From an uncultured Verrucomicrobiae bacterium (GTDB lineage: Bacteria > Verrucomicrobiota > Verrucomicrobiia > Limisphaerales > Palsa-1400), in contig CAVXRD010000002.1 in assembly GCA_963764165.1 (NCBI GenBank), positions 1,942,232 to 2,006,231 of the forward strand: DNA of 64,000 nt, given 5' to 3'. The translations under genes were made by a program, and so were the position numbers. Under the pieces are notes generated by a model. It saw only the letters and a program-made list of their open reading frames with translations, was not told the DNA's origin and ran no database searches. Of the stretch, positions 20,286 through 29,269 are shown piece by piece (the stretch's first letter is position 1; the number at the start of each line of letters is the position of its first letter).

Positions 20286-20498
20286 ATGAGTGATTCCACC
20301 AACAACCAAACCGCCGCTTCCAAAACTCCCAGCCACATCGTTTACCATGTCCGAGACCGCGAAGGCGGCGAGGGCTTCTGGACTCGCATCGGTGCAGCTT
20401 GGCCGCACAACGACGGCAAAGACTTCAACATCCAGATCGAAACCGTGCCGCTGGACGGACGCATCACGCTCCGCGTCGCTGCCGAAAAAGCGAAGTAA
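20286..20498 (+). CDS. Small hypothetical protein (ICE/plasmid-type, DUF736-like flavour)
   Basis: 70 aa. Good RBS (aaggag) 8 nt upstream of the ATG. The IGAAW...DG...L pattern is reminiscent of DUF736 proteins. Confidence 0.5.
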   Translation: MSDSTNNQTAASKTPSHIVYHVRDREGGEGFWTRIGAAWPHNDGKDFNIQIETVPLDGRITLRVAAEKAK

Positions 20499-20553
20499 CG
20501 CATCAACCGGGCGGGCTTCACGGCCCGCCCTTCACCCCGAAAGGAACTTTCCC

Positions 20554-20808
20554 ATGCCAACATCACCAACACGCGACTTGCCCACTCGCTTTGACGACTA
20601 CGAAATCCACGGCGTCAAGGTATTCAAGGAATCCGGCAACAAATGGTGCGAACAAGTGCCCGACCACGAAGCGGATTTTTGGAGCCTCTACGGCCACATC
20701 CCCGGCCAAGGCTTAACCGTTCTCGGTGACTTCACGACTCGTGAGCACACGGACGAACTCTACGCCCGCATCACTGGACGCAGCTATTCCGAAGGGAGCG
20801 ACGTATGA
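20554..20808 (+). CDS. Small hypothetical protein
   Basis: 84 aa from MPTSPT. Same strand as the neighbouring small ORFs, and its stop overlaps the next start (ATGA). Confidence 0.45.
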   Translation: MPTSPTRDLPTRFDDYEIHGVKVFKESGNKWCEQVPDHEADFWSLYGHIPGQGLTVLGDFTTREHTDELYARITGRSYSEGSDV

Positions 20809-21134
20809 CCCACACCAACCACACAATCAATCCGCTATATGCGGCCCGCATGGCACGAACCGCACACCAGCCGTCGGCGCGTCGCCAAAACGTGCCGGTC
20901 TATGCCCGGCTTCCGTTGGCACCTGTCAACGCCAGCCCTGTGCCGCATCTGACCAGCCTCTATCATTTCCACCGCGCCGGTGAATACGGCGACCGCAGTT
21001 ACCCAGGCAACTGTGGCGGCAAGCTCACCGACATCATCCGGTTCAGTCACGGGGCATCCAGCAGCCGCAAGATTTACCGCAGCAGCTTCATCCCCGGTCT
21101 CCACGACGTGTGTATGGTCTTTGAAAAGGCGTAA
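20805..21134 (+). CDS. Hypothetical protein
   Basis: 109-aa ORF, translationally coupled to the preceding one. No confident family assignment. Confidence 0.35.
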   Translation: MTHTNHTINPLYAARMARTAHQPSARRQNVPVYARLPLAPVNASPVPHLTSLYHFHRAGEYGDRSYPGNCGGKLTDIIRFSHGASSSRKIYRSSFIPGLHDVCMVFEKA

Positions 21135-21146
21135 CGGCTCGGAGCC

Positions 21147-21359
21147 GTGGAAGTTGTGAGGGGTTCTCCAATCATACTCGGACCTGCCATAAACGCAGGT
21201 TCGGGAATTTATCCCGACACGATTTTCGATGCGACCAACAGTTATCAGATTCAGGCGTCCACCAATCTCACAAACTATAGCAGCGGTGGCGCGCAGACCT
21301 TTATTGACCCAAGCGCAACCAACTTGAATCGTCGTTTCTACCGCACGGCAACCCCGTGA
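21147..21359 (+). pseudogene. Orphan C-terminal fragment of a secreted-protein tail module
   Basis: YQIQASTNLTNY...NLNRRFYR matches the C-terminal ~60-aa module that ends the proteins at 40128, 57574 and 62303. There is no upstream body. Confidence 0.45.
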
Positions 21360-21427
21360 AGGAATAGCAGAGTCGGCTCCGGCACTGAACCAGTCAACTG
21401 CTGCGGCAACAGCTGATTGTGGGCAGG

Positions 21428-21973
21428 CTACTCTGACTTTCGGTATGAATTGAATCCGATCAGAATACAAAAGCCTATCGAACCTATGTAGGCTAATGCA
21501 TAGCGACAATCTACGACGAATTGCCATGCACCGATGTGAGTGGAAAGTCTCAATACGTGCCAAGTAGCAAGCGCAAACCAAAGCAAAACGAAGAAGAAAG
21601 AAATGCCAACCGCAACAGCCGAAACGGAAAATCGTCGAAGCGGAAAAATGAAAATCCTCCGCTTTTCATCAACCTTGTGGTCCCCAAAAAAGCCTTTCTC
21701 AAGCACTTCCTCGTACTCCTGGACTTTTATTTCCCACGCCTCGTGCCACCATTTGGAGCCGATGTTCAGGAGCGTCCAACAGAATGAACTGACAAAACCA
21801 AAGCATGAAACCAAAAGCAAAATGCCATCGGTCCGATCCTTCACACCTACATAGCCAACAAGCGCCGCAGCACTGATAAGCCAAAAGTAGTTAAAACGCT
21901 TCCAGAATAGTTCGATCTCGAAGTTTCGCAGTTGAAGTGCCTTTTCAAGTTTGGCTAGTTTGTTTTCGTCCAC
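21428..21973 (-). CDS. Four-TM membrane protein of unknown function
   Basis: 181 aa. N-terminal amphipathic helix with ELFWKRFNYFW followed by 2+2 predicted TM helices. Possibly a SLATT/RipA-like topology, but this is weak. Confidence 0.5.
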   Translation of the reverse strand: MDENKLAKLEKALQLRNFEIELFWKRFNYFWLISAAALVGYVGVKDRTDGILLLVSCFGFVSSFCWTLLNIGSKWWHEAWEIKVQEYEEVLEKGFFGDHKVDEKRRIFIFPLRRFSVSAVAVGISFFFVLLWFALATWHVLRLSTHIGAWQFVVDCRYALAYIGSIGFCILIGFNSYRKSE

Positions 21974-22382
21974 GATTTTTTGATCCTCCAGAATGGTGTG
22001 GTTGTTAGAGGGCCAACTATCAATATAAAACTGCAGATTGGTGTTTTAGAAGGGTCCAATAATGACCCACGAAGTAGTGCTCCGAGTTCCCATTAGGCTC
22101 GCCGAAAGCATCTTGCGCTGAGCACAGCCCGTAGTTGCTGCGCCTAGCCTAAGCGATTTTACCACTAGCCCAACCAGTTTCTGTTTCATTCAACCACTCA
22201 TAATTTCGCCATCGGCACGCAAAATCAAGCCTTTAACGCGATTATCGTTCTCAACCAGGATGTACGCCCCTAGCTGACGCATCGTTTAGTCAAATTCCTC
22301 ACCGGCATGATCTTCTTTCATGTTACCTCAGACGCCCAAAGCACCCCAAACCGAACAGCGTGATTTCCCCCCTTCTTCTGAC

Positions 22383-22619
22383 TCAAAGCCCACGGAGGAA
22401 ATCGCTCACAGGAATCCCGACCTCTTTCGCAATCCGCATCAACGCTTCAATGGAGATGATTTTCTCTCCTCGCTCCACTTCTCCGATGTATTTCCAGTTG
22501 AGGTCAACTTTTTCCGCCAGCATTTCTTGGGTCAGCTTCGCTTCCTTCCGGTAGCGGCGAATCGCTGCACCGATTATCTTCCGATGCGGTAAAATGGTCT
22601 TCGGTTTGGATTTGCCCAC
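22383..22619 (-). CDS. XRE-family helix-turn-helix transcriptional regulator
   Basis: 78 aa. IRRYRKEAKLTQEMLAEKVDLNWKYIGEVERGE is a classic Cro/C1 HTH. Confidence 0.8.
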   Translation of the reverse strand: MGKSKPKTILPHRKIIGAAIRRYRKEAKLTQEMLAEKVDLNWKYIGEVERGEKIISIEALMRIAKEVGIPVSDFLRGL

Positions 22620-22759
22620 GGTGAGCCGTAGTTAGGCAAAATCCCCTCCAAAGCGACACCAGCAACATGCTGGTATTTTGTTCTTGAATTCTTTGGCGCT
22701 ATTTCACAAGATTCTCACGCCAGCGGCGCATAAACGCTGACGAATTACTCAAAAAAATT

Positions 22760-23005
22760 ATGAAAATTATACGAAGACTTGGTCCCGACCCTCACGAGGG
22801 CGGAAAACAATCCGCCGGAATGCGTGGTTGCCCCGATATTCTCGAACTCGAATCCGGGGATTTTGCCATCATCGGCGCGGACATCACTGATGCCGCCAGC
22901 GCCCACCTTCCTCCGTCCGTCGGCTGTGGCCCCGATGAGCGGATTGTCCGCATCCCAAGGGCGACGCTTGTGCTCGCCCGCTCCGACATCCCAGCGACCG
23001 TCTGA
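22760..23005 (+). CDS. Small hypothetical protein
   Basis: 81-aa ORF divergent from the HTH gene. No family recognised. Confidence 0.4.
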   Translation: MKIIRRLGPDPHEGGKQSAGMRGCPDILELESGDFAIIGADITDAASAHLPPSVGCGPDERIVRIPRATLVLARSDIPATV

Positions 23006-23141
23006 GCACACCGCAGAACGTTCGCTACACCCCGTAATGCGGCTGAAAGCAGCGCGTTGCGGGGTTTGTCTTTTCCAGCACGCCACCCGGATTTCTACAC
23101 CAACTTGGGCTAAACCATTTTTCCCGTCACACTGCGGCCCC

Positions 23142-23447
23142 ATGAAATACTCCCCCAAATACGGACGCTTTCGCGCTTTGCTGCGCAAAATCAGAGAGGA
23201 AGCCGGTTTGAGCCAAACCGCTCTGGCAGTGAAGCTTGGGAGACCGCAGACATTTGTCTCCAAATCCGAGCTTGGCGAACGCCGAGTCGATTTTACGGAA
23301 GCGGTCGAATTTTGCAAAGCGTGTCGCGTCACGGTGGGGCAGTTCGCAAAACAGCTGGAAGAAGCCACCGCGCATGATGAAACAACGAGCAGGCAAAAAC
23401 GACGCAGTCCACGGAAGATGGACAGTGCAGGCCGATTGGCGGATTAA
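23142..23447 (+). CDS. XRE-family helix-turn-helix protein
   Basis: 101 aa from MKYSPKYG. LRKIREEAGLSQTALAVKLGRPQTFVSKSELGERR is a Cro/C1 HTH. Confidence 0.75.
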   Translation: MKYSPKYGRFRALLRKIREEAGLSQTALAVKLGRPQTFVSKSELGERRVDFTEAVEFCKACRVTVGQFAKQLEEATAHDETTSRQKRRSPRKMDSAGRLAD

Positions 23448-23478
23448 TACTGATTTTGGGAAAAGGGGAGCGGCGGTT

Positions 23479-23934
23479 ATGGGGTTAGTGGCTTCGTGGT
23501 TGTCAATCCATTGGTTTAATTTACTCCAAACCATCGGCATCGTCGGTGGACTGATTTACAACGGATATTCGCTGCGACTTAATGCACGCGTTCGCAGGGT
23601 CGAGACGTTGTTCAAAGTCACCGAGCAGCAACGTTCTATTTGGCTGAAACTGGTCGATCCGGCCCACCTGAAACGATTATTACATGAACACGTAAATCTG
23701 GACGAGCACCCGCTGACGAATGATGAGGAGTTGTTTGTTAACCTGCTGCTATTGCATTTTGAAGCGGTCTTGGAGGCCACGCGCTCCCGCGTGTTCAAAA
23801 AGCCTGCCGGGATGGACGTTGATGTTCGGGCATTTCTGTCGCTGCCGATTCCCAATGCGGCTTGGAACAAACTGAAAGAATATCGTGACGCGAGGACGAT
23901 CCGATATGTGGAGGGATTCTTAAGGGTTCGTTGA
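23479..23934 (+). CDS. Membrane-anchored hypothetical protein
   Basis: 151 aa from MGLVASW. One N-terminal TM followed by a helical soluble part. Start uncertain (the ORF is open from 23236). Confidence 0.45.
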   Translation: MGLVASWLSIHWFNLLQTIGIVGGLIYNGYSLRLNARVRRVETLFKVTEQQRSIWLKLVDPAHLKRLLHEHVNLDEHPLTNDEELFVNLLLLHFEAVLEATRSRVFKKPAGMDVDVRAFLSLPIPNAAWNKLKEYRDARTIRYVEGFLRVR

Positions 23935-24062
23935 TGGGACAGGAGTCGGGGCCGAATGTCATTATTGCATTATAGCGGTCAATTAAATGCACCAATTTCC
24001 ACTCCCCGGCAAAAAATTCGACTTGAACGGCGCTGCCTCGTCGAAATTAAAGTCGCCGGAAT

Positions 24063-24242
24063 TTAAAATTGGTCGCGGAAGGAACCCTTTTCAAGGGTTT
24101 GTGCGATGACCCGCAGCATCCACTCAAGCAATTTATGGAGGGGAGGTTTCTCGTATTGCACGCACAGAATGTCGTCGCCATCACGATATTCGGACCGCAC
24201 CCACAATTCGTCTTCGATCATTTCCAAAGTTTGAATACTCAT
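24063..24242 (-). CDS. Small acidic hypothetical protein (59 aa, apparently below the ORF-track cutoff)
   Basis: Hand translation gives MSIQTLEMIEDELWVRSEYRDGDDILCVQYEKPPLHKLLEWMLRVIAQTLEKGSFRDQF. Divergent from the 24460 gene. Confidence 0.3.
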   Translation of the reverse strand: MSIQTLEMIEDELWVRSEYRDGDDILCVQYEKPPLHKLLEWMLRVIAQTLEKGSFRDQF

Positions 24243-24459
24243 AATGCTTCAGATTATCGTCGCTTCTTTTGATGCTGTCATCCGTTACGAGTCGGGAAAC
24301 GATGCAACCAATACGAGGGCACCGCGTTACGAAACGTAACTGTCCCATCGTGAAAGTCGTTTAAACGACGACTGAGCCAAGCGGAGCACCGCTTCCCTTT
24401 CGAGGGCATCCTGAAGAATTATCCATTTACGCAACGTAACTAATCGTAAAGCTGCGTAA

Positions 24460-26343
24460 ATGTTGCGATGCCCAGACATTCAGTCTATCGTCCTCCCGTC
24501 TGTGGCTATGAGCAATCAAAAGCAAGACCCCAGCATCGGAATTCGATGGGACGAAGTCAAAAAGGACTTCGCTCAACTCCTCGGCGCACTCATGCACAAG
24601 CATATTCTGTCAACCGAGGAATTGGCGATCCGTCTTGGTTTAAGTGAATCCGTGATCAGGCAGCTTCATAATGCCAATTATCCCTACCCCGGCCCTCTCC
24701 GTAAACTCGTCAAAATCCATTCGGCAAAACCCGAGGAGGCGCCGTTTTACTTCAAACAAGGAATGGATCACGCATTCGCCCTTGAGGCGATTGATTTTTT
24801 AAAGCTTAAGGATTTTGTCGCCTACATTTTCGAAGGGAATAATGAACGTCTGAACATTCCGCTCCGACCAATTACGACGACAATCGTCTCTACGAGGGTA
24901 AGCACCTTACCCAGGATCGAGGCTGACCAGCCGAAGTTAACTCAACATTTCAGATCGCGCACAAACACCACTCATCCAAAAATTGCCATCTGCATGGCCG
25001 ACTTTGCACATGTAGGTTTGATCAAGGATGTAGAAGCTGAAAAAAGCCGAGCAGATGACATCCGGAATTGCCTATTCGAGGCACTCGACGCAGCATTACA
25101 AGAAGCTCTCGATGCTCTACACGATCGCTCCGAATTCGTGCTCCATGTAAAAGCATCAGCAACACCGACTCTCAAGACCACGTCTGGAATGGGCGCAATG
25201 ATCATCTGGGAATATCCAACTATTTCACGCCAAATCGAACTCGGTCTCGATCTGTTCTTGATTGATTACGCTGCCTACGCCCAATCCTATCTCTATAAAA
25301 GTCTAAACGCATTCCACGGATATTTAGGTTTTCCGTGGCTTAAACAGTTGCATCCTAGAATCGTTCTTACCAAGGGACCGGGACTAAAGCATTTAGGCTC
25401 AAATGGCTGGGTGTTGAGTTACGAAAGTCGCAAAATAGACGAAGCGAAACGGCTCCAAAAATTGGTTCAACGACCTGGAGTAATTATTCAAGCCGAGTTT
25501 GCGCCCGATCTCTTAATGGAGCGTTTTTGCTTTGATCAAAACAGCAGTGTAACACAGATCAATTTCGCCAAGGATGTCAACAATTCTCTCGTCAACAATC
25601 CTCAAGTATGGATGAAATTGCAAGCGGACTCAAAAGACGGGGATGGAAATCGCATCAATCGAATAGGTTGGAGGCTCCCTCGGTCCAACTTGAAAGCTGC
25701 GCCGAACATTGGAGAAGTCAAAAAGTTATTCGAGTGCCCTTACGATTTAGAATCATTGGAATGGGAAATGAAATTTTCGGAACATGACATTGTTTCCCTC
25801 TTTGAAGTGCGCGCTCGAATTGAGGCGCAGTTTGCGGGAGAAGCGGCTTCCGCTGCTGCGAATCCTTCATCTTTCGCAAATGGGATGCTAAATGATATTA
25901 ATGCATCTGTGACGAAGATGGAAGAGATGGCAAAGACTGGCTCCGAAGCCAAAGCCATTCGAGATAAAGCTTGGCGAGCACTTGGCGATCAATTTCATTG
26001 CGGAATTGCTAGACTTTCGGACCAGCATCAAGGGGAAAAAAGAGCTGATGTTGTAAATTTAGCTTATATCTCTACGCAGCGTGTCTGCGGTGCTGTCGAA
26101 GATCGAATTCCTCCAGTGGAAGTAGCTCGCCAGCACCGGCGAATTTTTGAAGCGATAAGGCGAGGGAAAGCAAAGGAAGCAACATCCGAAATGGAGGAAC
26201 ATATCTCGGCTCATTACAGAATTGCCAGAGAAGAATTGTTCAAGCAATCTATAGATGTTGCGCCGGGCGCTGCCTGCTTTCTCCAGGACTGTCCTCTTTT
26301 AACGTCACTGACCGACCAAAATAACAACTTATGCAAAATCTAA
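24460..26343 (+). CDS. Atypical regulator-like protein: N-terminal HTH, unknown ~300-aa central domain, C-terminal FCD (GntR-type ligand-binding) domain
   Basis: 627 aa. HTH-like ILSTEELAIRLGLSESVIRQL. C-terminal FCD pattern LFEVRARIEAQFAGEAA ... GDQFHCGIARLS ... HRRIFEAIRRGKAKEATSEMEEHI. Alternative start at 24508. Confidence 0.55.
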   Translation: MLRCPDIQSIVLPSVAMSNQKQDPSIGIRWDEVKKDFAQLLGALMHKHILSTEELAIRLGLSESVIRQLHNANYPYPGPLRKLVKIHSAKPEEAPFYFKQGMDHAFALEAIDFLKLKDFVAYIFEGNNERLNIPLRPITTTIVSTRVSTLPRIEADQPKLTQHFRSRTNTTHPKIAICMADFAHVGLIKDVEAEKSRADDIRNCLFEALDAALQEALDALHDRSEFVLHVKASATPTLKTTSGMGAMIIWEYPTISRQIELGLDLFLIDYAAYAQSYLYKSLNAFHGYLGFPWLKQLHPRIVLTKGPGLKHLGSNGWVLSYESRKIDEAKRLQKLVQRPGVIIQAEFAPDLLMERFCFDQNSSVTQINFAKDVNNSLVNNPQVWMKLQADSKDGDGNRINRIGWRLPRSNLKAAPNIGEVKKLFECPYDLESLEWEMKFSEHDIVSLFEVRARIEAQFAGEAASAAANPSSFANGMLNDINASVTKMEEMAKTGSEAKAIRDKAWRALGDQFHCGIARLSDQHQGEKRADVVNLAYISTQRVCGAVEDRIPPVEVARQHRRIFEAIRRGKAKEATSEMEEHISAHYRIAREELFKQSIDVAPGAACFLQDCPLLTSLTDQNNNLCKI

Positions 26344-27173
26344 CTGCCACGCCAATAATTCCGAAAAATAAAGATGACATTGCTTCAATCGCTTATCGAG
26401 GCGTTTCCCTTGTCCAAAATTCCACATTACGAGATGCGCTTTCCGATACTTATCGTTCGCCGAATGGCAAAAGGGCTTTGGCTGCGGCACATGACACCTT
26501 TGACAGGCTTATTTCATCCAACTGGAGCGAAGACACGCTTTGTCGGTTCTTGTCCGGTTGGCAGTCCATGCACGGAACGGCGCTATTTGTTAGTGGATTG
26601 GTAATTCGCTTGCACAGGCAAGCGAGTGAAACCTCCGGAGAAGCTTCTGTTGCCATGTATCGAGCCGCTGGCCAAGTGGGAGAAATAATTCCTGAGGACA
26701 CCGGCGTTGATGATGTGCCTCATAACGAACGCTTCGAAGTGTTTGCGAATCAAATAGTGGGCGGCGACCGCTGGAAATTAAGTCGTTACTCTATAGATGG
26801 TTGTAATACGTTCCGTCGTTACATCAAGCAGCAAAGACTTGCGGCATCAATCGAGGATGCAATTCTTACTACGGCGGCGTCCGAAAACTGGAATACAGGA
26901 GAATATACGTTTCTTGATTCCGTGATCCCGGCTTGGATGGTTCGTGCTTTCGGCGTTACTAAAGAACTTGCAATCGAGAAGAGCGCTTACATTTCCGTCC
27001 ACGCAGGCGAAACAGAGTTGGGGCATTTTCTCCATGCCCTGGAAGCTTGGGAACTATACTGTATCGGATCGGGGACGCGCCCTGAGCCGGATCACGCCTA
27101 TCGTGTATTTGATCGCTATCTTGGACGGTTAGCAGAAGCCTTCCTCGATTTGGGCCAAGTGTTTGATAAGTGA
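26331..27173 (+). CDS. Heme-oxygenase-like fold, putative diiron/iron-containing redox enzyme
   Basis: 280 aa, overlapping the upstream stop by 13 nt. Carboxylate/His strings IIPEDTGVDDVPHNERFEVF, ENWNTGEYTF and SVHAGETELGHFLHALE resemble the Haem_oxygenase_2/PqqC-TenA-like family. Confidence 0.5.
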   Translation: MQNLTATPIIPKNKDDIASIAYRGVSLVQNSTLRDALSDTYRSPNGKRALAAAHDTFDRLISSNWSEDTLCRFLSGWQSMHGTALFVSGLVIRLHRQASETSGEASVAMYRAAGQVGEIIPEDTGVDDVPHNERFEVFANQIVGGDRWKLSRYSIDGCNTFRRYIKQQRLAASIEDAILTTAASENWNTGEYTFLDSVIPAWMVRAFGVTKELAIEKSAYISVHAGETELGHFLHALEAWELYCIGSGTRPEPDHAYRVFDRYLGRLAEAFLDLGQVFDK

Positions 27174-27175
27174 CC

Positions 27176-27541
27176 TTATCGTTGCCGGAGTTTCGACCTT
27201 GAAATTCCATCCAATGCCACAGAATCGATGAAAAGGTTTTCCTGTTGATAACCACTGGTTGCAGCGCCCAAGAGGGCATACATATCCCACGCGCTCAATT
27301 TTTCTGCATGAAATCCATCCATCCCTGCCGCGATAAAAAAGGAACGCAAATCCTCAGACCGAACGCATCCCTGCTCGTGCATATTGATCGATCCGAGAAA
27401 TTTCTTAAGCCGTGCCGCGCCCTCGGGAGTAAGCGCAAAATACGGCTCGTGGCCTTTAGTTTCTTTGTAGTTCGCAGTATTTCTTTCCAGGTTCTCTTGC
27501 AGTTTAAGTCCATCGCTGACTTTGGTCATAACTCCTCCCAA
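27176..27541 (-). CDS. Hypothetical protein
   Basis: 121-aa ORF convergent with the preceding gene. No family recognised. Confidence 0.4.
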   Translation of the reverse strand: MGGVMTKVSDGLKLQENLERNTANYKETKGHEPYFALTPEGAARLKKFLGSINMHEQGCVRSEDLRSFFIAAGMDGFHAEKLSAWDMYALLGAATSGYQQENLFIDSVALDGISRSKLRQR

Positions 27542-27713
27542 ATGAATGAGCGATTATACTCTACTTTAATGGAATCAACAATAAGCTTTGCGATGGTAGG
27601 AAACTTACTCACACGACGCTGTCGTCGTCCGGTGGAGTGTTGGAGGGCCTCGCATAGTCACGACAACTTTATCAGCTATAATTCAGTATGTTAGCGCAAT
27701 AACTGGAGTCGCA

Positions 27714-29210
27714 ATGAACAATACACTGTCAGCGAACACCGGAGTGGCCATTCTCATTATCTACGGGATCGCCATGTTTTTCCTGTCGCTTTGGGTTGTT
27801 CGAGGGCGTAGGCAAACCAAGGCCGAATTCTTGCTTGCCAGTCGCAGTGTTGGAATTATTCCAGGAGCCATGTCTATCGCAGCGTCATGGATATGGGCTC
27901 CTGCTTTGTTTGTATCTTCTTCAAAAACTTATCAGCAAGGATTGGCGGGCCTTTTTTGGTATCTCGCGCCCAACGTCGCAACCCTTATGATTTTTGGCCC
28001 TTTTGCAGCGAAATTAAGAACAAGGTTGCCTGACGGCTATACTCTGCCGCAGCATATGCGAAACGAATACGGCAGCGGTGTCCATGTCCTCTATTTGATT
28101 CAATTCTTTGGTCTCCAGATTTGTTGCTTCGCGGTCGAGATTTTCGCAGGAGCTACTCTCATGCATTTAATTACGGGCCTCAGCTTCGTCTCCGTGGCGC
28201 TGTCGTTGATCGGCATTGTGCTCGCATACGCCGTGATGGGGGGCTTGAGAGCGTCTGTGGCAACGGATTACGTCCAAATGGCAGCGATGATTGTCATTTG
28301 CGGCCTTGTCGTCCCGTGGGCTGTAGCCAAGGCCGGGGGACTTTCGGTAATTTTAGCGGGTTTGGGTGGATTGAATGGGGCATACGTTGATCCAAACAAC
28401 CCAACCAGCCCCTCCTACTCGTATGCGAACCCGCTGAACCCTTGGGTCATTTGGTCGTTTGGAATATCCAACACTATCAGCTTATTTTCCGGTCCACTTG
28501 GTGATCAAATGCAATGGCAGAGGGCTTTCGCGTTGCGCTCTCAAGGAACAGTCAAGCGGACTTTTTTTCTTGCGGCTTTACTTTTTGGGTCGGTGCCTCT
28601 GGCTTTGAGCAACCTCGGATTCATAGCATCAAACAAGGAAATTTCATCCGGCTGGAATATTACTGATCCGCAAATGGTAGGCCCCATCACTGTCGCTCAC
28701 CTTTTGCCACACATGATGATAGTGATTTATGTAATCATGATATTATCAGGCCTTTGTGCGACACTGGATTCAGTTTTATGTGCTATAGCGTCCCTTACCA
28801 CGACAGACGTTTTTGGATATCAGAGTGAAAAAGCAGAGAAAGATCAGCAAGCTGTATTTATTTCACGTTGGGCAATGATTGTCGGTGCATTCTTGGGTTT
28901 TATTGTCGCGTATGTATGGCACGCTCTGCACCTCACAATCCTTGATTTGTTTCTTTTTTATGGAACGCTGAGAGCATCAACAATGATTCCAACAGTTGTT
29001 ACCCTTCTTTGGCCCGGTTTGAGACCCGGAGTGATTTTTGCGACGATTCTCGCTTCCCTCCTGTTTGGTGCGCCTCTTATGGCGGCGGCTCGCCTTTCAA
29101 ATGATGAACATGTCAAAGCAATTCTTAGTGTTGCGGGAAGCTTAGCCGTGGTAACCATCGGGATTGTCGGCTGCTGGATTGCTAAACGCTTCAGACAGAC
29201 ACAGTTGTAA
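27714..29210 (+). CDS. Sodium:solute symporter (SSS) family transporter
   Basis: 498 aa, ~13 TM segments. Strings FLLASRSVGIIPGAMSIAASW and MGGLRASVATDYVQM are typical of the SSS family. Confidence 0.85.
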   Translation: MNNTLSANTGVAILIIYGIAMFFLSLWVVRGRRQTKAEFLLASRSVGIIPGAMSIAASWIWAPALFVSSSKTYQQGLAGLFWYLAPNVATLMIFGPFAAKLRTRLPDGYTLPQHMRNEYGSGVHVLYLIQFFGLQICCFAVEIFAGATLMHLITGLSFVSVALSLIGIVLAYAVMGGLRASVATDYVQMAAMIVICGLVVPWAVAKAGGLSVILAGLGGLNGAYVDPNNPTSPSYSYANPLNPWVIWSFGISNTISLFSGPLGDQMQWQRAFALRSQGTVKRTFFLAALLFGSVPLALSNLGFIASNKEISSGWNITDPQMVGPITVAHLLPHMMIVIYVIMILSGLCATLDSVLCAIASLTTTDVFGYQSEKAEKDQQAVFISRWAMIVGAFLGFIVAYVWHALHLTILDLFLFYGTLRASTMIPTVVTLLWPGLRPGVIFATILASLLFGAPLMAAARLSNDEHVKAILSVAGSLAVVTIGIVGCWIAKRFRQTQL

Positions 29211-29269
29211 TCCAAACACACTGTTATACCAACAATTGTTAAGGCTAGGGGGAAATTACTAACATACTT

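Noticed and set aside
20835-21581. 248-aa minus-strand ORF
   Set aside because: It spans the antisense of two plus-strand small genes and a gene fragment, and overlaps the 3' end of the same-strand 4-TM gene in a different frame. No motifs and an implausible composition.
19066-21973. Calling this a complete Pycsar system
   Set aside because: No cNMP-binding, TIR or other canonical effector is adjacent to the cyclase-like gene, and the 4-TM protein is separated from it by opposite-strand genes. It is reported only as a hypothesis.
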